A program made the position numbers and the translations under genes. DNA of 64,000 nt from contig OX597834.1 of the NCBI GenBank assembly GCA_951406725.2, positions 1,240,001 to 1,304,000 on the forward strand, read 5' to 3'. Of this stretch, positions 56,767 through 64,000 are shown piece after piece; within the stretch, counting starts at the first letter, position 1, and each line of letters opens with the position of its first letter. The DNA is from Octopus vulgaris (taxonomy: Eukaryota). The notes beneath the pieces are model-generated. The model was not told the origin of the DNA. It worked only from the letters and a program-made list of their open reading frames with translations, and ran no database searches.

Positions 56767-57230
56767 GAAATTTACAGATAAACAAACGACGAAGACAGTT
56801 GTACATATAATCTTATCGTAAGAACTACCAATCTTGTAAATACAGCTAGCCAAGGTTTCCTGGTCGAAATAGTAATTTATTCCGCCATTTATCAAGCTGA
56901 AATCAAGACCGTTAGTCAGTTGTCTTTGGGTCAGATGACGTTTAAAAAAGCGACGCTGGTGAAGAAGAAAACAAAAAAAGCACAAGGGAGATAACCGACG
57001 CTGCAGTAATTCGATGCAAAACAAACGTAAACATGACGTTAATGGTTTACAAAGTGTCCAGTGGCCTACATTTAAATTCGACAAGATGTATTTCTTGAAA
57101 TGCGGACATACGGAAAAAATCTCGTTCCTCGAATGTCTGTATTCGTGGAAGGTTCTCACGTTTTTAAGATGTACAGGTTTTCGAGTGAACACACGATAAA
57201 ACTTACCTTACTTAAATAATGTACATAATT
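56765..57230 (-). mobile_element. Penelope-like 3' end/pLTR in inverted orientation
   Basis: SRNEIFSVCPHFKKYILSN (PLE C-terminus) followed by a decayed hammerhead CTGACtA-..ggtc...gacc..-GAAA-ccttgg at 56919-56842. Confidence 0.65.
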
Positions 57231-57299
57231 CCTCATCTCTTAAATATAGAACTGAGAAATTACCTTTTCTTGTCCCTCTAATGTTACAATATGTATCAA

Positions 57300-57720
57300 T
57301 AAACAACGGACGACTCAAGCCTGCCCCGGATGCACATGTAGAAACAAATTTAAATTTCCTTTAGGACAGGAGTGCCATATATCTTCTCTAGTTTATGAAG
57401 CACATGTTTCAACGAACCACGACAATTGTTGCATCTATATCAAAATGTATATCGGAGCTGTGAAAGGAAAATTTAAATCTTGATATAACAACCATCTTTC
57501 GAATTTTAAGTACCGTGATAAAAGACATTCAACAACTCTTTCGTTTTAATCTGGAAACTCAAAGACAAAGGGGCCATTACTTTCGACATCAAACGGAAAA
57601 TCCTCTCCAAATCCAGGCCTTACATTAACGGATCCAAAACGTATTCAGTAAGTTCTCCTGAAAAACTGTTCCTCTTAAAAGGAAACTCGAGAATCCCCAA
57701 CGAATAAACGTCCCATTCAT
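57300..57720 (+). mobile_element. Penelope-like GIY-YIG endonuclease remnant
   Basis: CTCRNKFKFPLGQECHISSLVYEAHVST...MYIGAVKGKFKS*YNNHLSNFKYRDKRHSTTLS/IWKLKDKG.ITFDIKRKILSKSRPYINGSKT. Confidence 0.88.
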
Positions 57721-58672
57721 TTAGATGTTGAAGTACAGAAGAATTGTCCGGTCATTCAGTTGGCGGGAATGGTGGGGATAAGGCAGGACAATATCCTCAA
57801 ACAAGAAACCTATCTTAAATACCTCTCATGGAGTAGACTCAGCAAAATTCCCCCAAGGACCAGGTAGGGTTGTTAAACTGACCGACAGATTAAGTCTCTC
57901 ACTAATAAAAACAGGAACCACCCATTCAACGGATTCCATACAGTCTCTTTTGAACATCACACTACATATGAGCATATATCTGTAACCCACATTCTACATG
58001 TGTGTGTATAATATAATGACGACGCTCACATTACATGAACAACCCCAAAGCAGTACACCAACCATGAAAGTGTCTTCTTGGTTTCCTGAATCGCTTCCAG
58101 CTCCATATTTAACAGACTCGACAAACACAGAATAATTTTAGCAATCTTTTTATATAATTTCTAATAATATTTAATTACAAAAATATAATAGGATTTCTTT
58201 TAAGCATCGAATGGGGGCCATCCGAGTAAACAAGGAATCGAAGGGGTTCATATGTAAGCAATAGCTGAGAATTACTGATCTACAGGAATTTTACTGACAT
58301 CTGAAAATCTAGCAAAGGGGTTTCAATCCACAGAGAAGTAAAGCGTGTTGCCAACCCCGACCCCGCCAACAATCGAGTTATCATTCTCACTTCCAATATC
58401 TTTTCTTCCAAATATCTTAACTCCATCTCTTTCGTTATTAACTCCATCTCCGTACAACCGGATCGAACGGGTATATACACCCTTTGGTCACTCACCAATT
58501 AACATTTACCGGTAAGAAGGAAAGGTTCAGAGAAGACAATGTCGTTGCACTGAACACCAATGAAATGTGACAATATTTTACATGAAAACCTCGCTAAACT
58601 CGCTGCTTATACGCTTCATTTTTGATCATTGTTCTATCGCGTTGTTATAGCCTCTCGCTCTCTCTATCTCTA

Positions 58673-58749
<77 letters not shown>

Positions 58750-58752
58750 CTT

Positions 58753-58790
<38 letters not shown>

Positions 58791-58981
58791 CAATCCACTG
58801 CTGTGTACATTAACGACCTCCATGCTATCACTGCTAATGACCCACCCATAAACCTTTACAGGTGTTACGACCTGGTGGCCATAACTCGAATTTCCATCAC
58901 CAACAATGATGGGGTAAACCCCAAACAATAACACACCATGAAGGTTTTTTTTTAATATTATTAATAAAATTAAAATATATG

Positions 58982-59130
58982 CAGTTTCATAAATTCGGAT
59001 TCAGAAATCCAGTTTCACCAACATGATTTTACAAACTTGGATTCGTAACTCTGGATTCACAAATTTGGGTTCCGAAAATTTGGGTTCATAAAGTCTGGCA
59101 TCACATATTCAGTTTTCGAACCTTGGATCT
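58982..59130. repeat. Degenerate ~14-bp minisatellite, about 11 units
   Basis: Units such as cggattcagaaatc, tggattcgtaactc, tggattcacaaatt, tgggttcataaagtc. Confidence 0.7.
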
Positions 59131-59828
59131 ACACATAAATAAATCTAATGTCAAAACAACCATTTAAACTAAAAGTTCATGACACAGAACGGCTGCCAGA
59201 CTAAAAAATTAAATATTCAAACAAAAAAATTTAGTTTACTTTAAATTCATACAAAACTGCTTCATACATGAATGCTGAGTAACCATTAGACAAAATTTAG
59301 AATACAAAAAATACAAAATATTGGCTACCTGAAAAATGAATTCATCCACCCTCTAGCTATTTATACAATTTTTTAAACATTTATCTTAACAGAAAAGAGC
59401 TATCAAAATTACTACACAAACTGCCACAAATGCAGGCTTCAAACTTCACATAAGTATTACAATAACATAACTTAAGAGGCTCTTGTACTCACTCAGACGT
59501 GACACAGAAATTATTTAACTCTGACAAGCAAAAAGTTCTGGCGAATTCCTGGAATATAAAATAATTCCATAAATACCTAACACGAAATAGAAAGTGCATA
59601 AACTAAACAGGCAATCACAGCTTCCAGAATCCAATTGAACGACCTTGTCACCCAAAACTGGTCGTACAATTATCTCCGCTTATAAAGGTTTGCTAAGGTC
59701 AAGCCAATTTGCTAGAGCTACACAGTTTGGCTATTAACACCTAGCTTCCCCCATTTTCACAATGGACTCCATCCTGGTTTTACAGTGCAGCATACAAAAC
59801 TGTCTGTTTCCTTGTTTAACTGTTAAGA

Positions 59829-59849
59829 TCTATATCTATAAAAGGGAGG

Positions 59850-59902
<53 letters not shown>

Positions 59903-60364
59903 TGAATGTACTTTATGCACGTCCACAAATTAGCACGTATGTCGCTCCAATTTTAGGACATTGGTCACAACCATGGCTGTGCTTTTGTCAACTTATTTTC
60001 CCCGAGGCACCCTCTGATAGCGGTAAAAATAGCTTTTCAACCATAACTTTTACCAATTTTCCCGTCGGTGAAATCCGTAAGTTTGTTAACCTGAGTCTTA
60101 TAGATTAATTCACCTTACTACAATGCCTCCGAAACAATTAGACTTGGACGACCTAAGCAATCTCAGCGTAGGAAAAGAGAAAGAGTAGAAGAGATTGACT
60201 ATCAGCAGACCCATCAGTAAAATATTATAACTTTTGGGGCCGAAACCTGGCAATAAGAGCTTGTGGATATTCCGCTACAAAACATTCAATAATATCGAAG
60301 CACTAACTTTCATAAATGAGGGTATCTCTTTCTGAACCCAGTCAACGACGGGTATTTCTGCTAG
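59829..60364 (+). mobile_element. Non-autonomous Helitron (family A, copy 2)
   Basis: A|TCtatatctataaaagggaggatgtgtg ... accc-a-gtc(aac)gac-gggt hairpin (60336-60353) ... CTAG|T. Confidence 0.88.
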
Positions 60365-61080
60365 TTATAAGGTAAAACGTTTTTATCGTTTTTATAATTT
60401 CCTAAAACAGGTGATTCCGTTCTGTATTCCAACTTAGCCTCCCACACAGGATTCACACACTTTCCATTTAAGCACAACAGATCTGTTCTGCTTCCATGAA
60501 GAGTGGCATGAAAAACATCGCCTAATAGAGCCATGTCAATAAAAACATATTAAAGAAACCCCAGCACCACCGCCCTAAACGTGGAAAACATTTAAAACCC
60601 TAAAACGCCAGACTTCACAATAAAAGTTTTATCTCTCCAGGCATTTTCAAAATGTGAAACAAAACAAACAGAATACGTCTCTAAGAATAGCTTCCTCTTT
60701 TCGCGCCAGAAATAAATTCAGATCTTACCCCTACCAACATGGGTTGATGATATGAAAATCTCAAATGAGGTCACAAATTGCAATATTGCCCCCACCTCAA
60801 CACCTTTTAAAATGATTCTTAAGAAACACAAAAAATGCAACCAAATCTGAAGAAATGTGACCGACATTTAAGCAATGACTCAGCGAAACTCACCGACGAA
60901 CCAACTGTTGCATTTTCGTCTCTCCCTCCTCTGCCACTTCTGTGACGGTCGCTGCTTCTTCTGGTTGTGAAGAAATCAGAAGAGAAGAGAATTCAACAGA
61001 AGTTTTGAAGGAAATAAAGGAATTAAATCTGAAACCAGTAAACAACACAACTGAAAAATTCAGAAAACTATACATGTATA

Positions 61081-61126
<46 letters not shown>

Positions 61127-61142
61127 TATGCACACATGCATA

Positions 61143-61178
<36 letters not shown>

Positions 61179-61295
61179 TATGCACACATGCATACTCACA
61201 CACACACACACACACATGTGCAGGCACATACTCACACAAATACATTCACATACGGATACGTGTATATATGTATATGTGTGTGTCTATCTGTGTTA

Positions 61296-61366
<71 letters not shown>

Positions 61367-61899
61367 CACAAATACGCACAAATATTTACAAGAATTACAT
61401 ACACAGCACAGACAGCACAGTCAGACTAGAATTACACAGATTACAGACAGACACACAGGTACAAAGGGGCTGAAGAAAGAATCCATTGCAAGCGTTTAAT
61501 TTCAACAACGTTGCCTGGCAGACAGCAGCAGCAGCCGCAGCAGCAGCAGCAGCAGCGTGCTTGTGGTAACAATGTAATGTATATTATACTCAGCGGACAG
61601 ACACCAACATCGAATTGACATGGAAAACTCATTAGGTTCTTTGATAAGTAAAAAAGAAAAGAAAAGAAGAAATTGACGAAAAAAGACATTTTCTTGAAAA
61701 TGAAAAAGTAAATTTTTTAAAAATTGTAAGAAAATAACGAAAGAAAGCATTTCTCGTTCGCAACATGTGTAATAGATACTGGGATGGTTATGTTGTCAGT
61801 GACCGGGATGTAGATGGCTCCCCTATGGCCTGTAAGAACTGGATAATTGCTGACTGTTGACAGAAATGGCGGGGGGAAAACTGGGTATAGGCAAACCCG

Positions 61900-62330
61900 C
61901 TAGATTTAATAATTCCATGTCAAACCCGAGTAATTATAGGAGACACGAACAAGTTGGCATCTATGGCCACTGCGCAATATGCCAACATTTCAATGTAAAA
62001 ACCGAACAAGAACCTAAGAAGAAAAAAACTCTACTAATCACGGTATATAACAACCTTGCGACAATTATCGGGGAAAATGTTTTTCTAAGCTGACAAGAAT
62101 AAAAACCAGGTATAATAATCAACAACTGGAAAGAAAATGCATGATTTTCCATCGCCATTGTGATCTCTTGTGATGTTTGGCCTGAAAGAAAGTGAAAAAA
62201 AACTGTCAGAATAGAAAGTTCTTGAAAATACAAAGTGTTTAGAGTATGAAAGTAAAAACAGGACAAGTAAAAATAAAAGCGGCTGTTAGGATAAGGGATC
62301 TAGGAAGAGAGAATATACAAGCTGTGCTGG
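61900..62330 (+). mobile_element. R4/Dong-like RLE LINE 3' remnant
   Basis: YRRHEQVGIYGHCAICQHF (RH..V...H..IC motif), NNLATII, KPGIIINNWKENA (PD-motif position) and a later KY motif, in the order expected for a restriction-like endonuclease. Confidence 0.55.
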
Positions 62331-64000
62331 AAAGGCAATTCAATAGCATACATGAAGCAATATAACCTCCATCCATAGAACATACAATGACCAACCAGTA
62401 ACATAGAATATACCAGAACCAAATAGCAATGTAGCAGTTCTTCCAACGTAACACGTATCTACGGCCATGGCATCAATAATTCTTATTCTATCAGAAAATG
62501 TTATGGTTTACAATTCTTGTTTTGTATAACTTTAGATTTAAAAAATGTACCTTGTGGTATACACATCAGCAAGCCAGAGTTGAAAGTTGTGGTACAGAAA
62601 TCACGGAGAAACAGAGGTGAAAGTTGTGGAGCAGTAGAAACTCGTATGAAATTCGTATTGACGCAAGACCGTAAATTTGGGGTAGGGAGTTATCGATTAA
62701 ATCGATCACAGTACTTGATTGGTTCTTTATTCTATTGGTCCCAGAAGGATTAAATTCAAACTGGATCTTGAGGGGAATTGAACACAAGAAGTAAAAGGCT
62801 GACGGAAAACAGTTTGACCGACGCTAAGTCCTCAGCTTTGGTGAACTTTTATAGTCAAATATTTGGCCCTAGTACATAGCTGGTACTTATTGAACAGCTT
62901 CTTTGGAGATATAAGTCTAAGTTTATCAAGAAGTCTAGGGCATGAAAAAGTCATTATCGAGGATGGCTTAATGGCTTAGATGATAATTGTATCTTTTTTT
63001 TTACAATGAGGGTTGATAAATTGAAATACCAGTTACATAATGGGGTTGATTATATCGATTACAGTCCTTTCTATTACAAGGCTGATTTCTTTTGTGCTTA
63101 ATCGATATCGATCTAAGTATTGATGGCAGGGTGTTTCAATTGATTAGAAAAACACATTTCTCTGTAACGTTGTCTGATCTGAAAATATTTCATCTGGAAA
63201 TAGCAGAGTGCCTATCGTGGATTAGATTCAGTAATTTAATATATACATAGATACTGACAACAATGAATATAAAACAAATATCCGCTGAGGTGTCCTCTGT
63301 TTTGCAATGCAACGTTCACTCCCATATCTCCGTATATTCACGAGTAATTTCCGCCTAGACATTTGTTTCTGCAAGTTCATGCATCACTATTTACCATTTT
63401 CAATAGATGCCTCACCATGATCTTAATCGGCGAAATATTGTTGGGAGGAAGCGGGAAGAAAGTTTGTGTAATCCTGAAATGGTTGGGAATATGAACATAT
63501 ATATGTAAATCGTGATGTGGAGATCGTTACTTAATCAATGTGCAAATGGAGAAAAGCAGACGATATTAAAGGCAAAGATGGAGAGTGCAAACCTGTATAT
63601 ACAAGGAGAAAGTGAAGAGGCAGGTAGCGAAAACATTGAACGTGCAGTTACATAAATCGAACGGATTAATCCACTCGATTTTGGGCTGTAAATAATGGAA
63701 TTCTGACTAAGAGAACAGGTATTAAAATACGCGTTTGTCGACTTTGTTCTTAAATTCAAGATCATATAAAAGGACAGTACTAACTATGACAGTCGTTGAA
63801 TATGGACGAAATTATCGGCGGTTTTAGATTAAGATGGCCGAATAAGAAACGAGCAGCAAATTTCGTTTGTTGTATCTCATGTTGTGCCGAAATAATAAAT
63901 TATTCTGCGAAACAACAACGGCGACAACAATAAGAATAATAAACAGCAACAAGAAAAATTACAAAAACAACAACAACAACAAAGCAAAAGACACGGACAG

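Noticed and set aside
58982-59130. CRISPR-like periodicity
   Set aside because: Units are contiguous with no unique spacers, the context is eukaryotic and no cas genes are present

Overview
AT-rich, microsatellite-saturated metazoan non-coding DNA. The repeat landscape (tRNA-headed SINEs, RTE/CR1/R4 LINE remnants, many Penelope-like fragments, Helitrons, dense (AT)n/(ATGT)n/(AGAT)n) is most consistent with a cephalopod (Octopus-like) genome; this is an inference. I find no intact host protein-coding gene, and nearly all ORF-track entries are microsatellite translation artefacts. Supported content: three Helitrons with intact 3' hairpin-CTAG ends (one keeps a PIF1-like helicase C-terminus), at least six Penelope-like (GIY-YIG) remnants, RTE, CR1-like and R4/Dong-like LINE fragments, a mariner remnant, many SINEs, a TIR-bounded MITE and a 2.4-kb (ATGT)n array. 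The array abuts an intact-looking, highly structured 552-bp RTE-derived non-autonomous element. The most notable signal is about nine type-I hammerhead ribozyme motifs from apparently different families. Two have a complete catalytic core and paired stems (3331-3373 + and 44917-45009 -), and two sit inside fold-back inverted repeats. Also flagged: a candidate enhancer with a nuclear-receptor IR1 site and a GC3-biased coding-like island at about 32.5-32.9 kb. Repeat boundaries were read by eye and are approximate unless stated.
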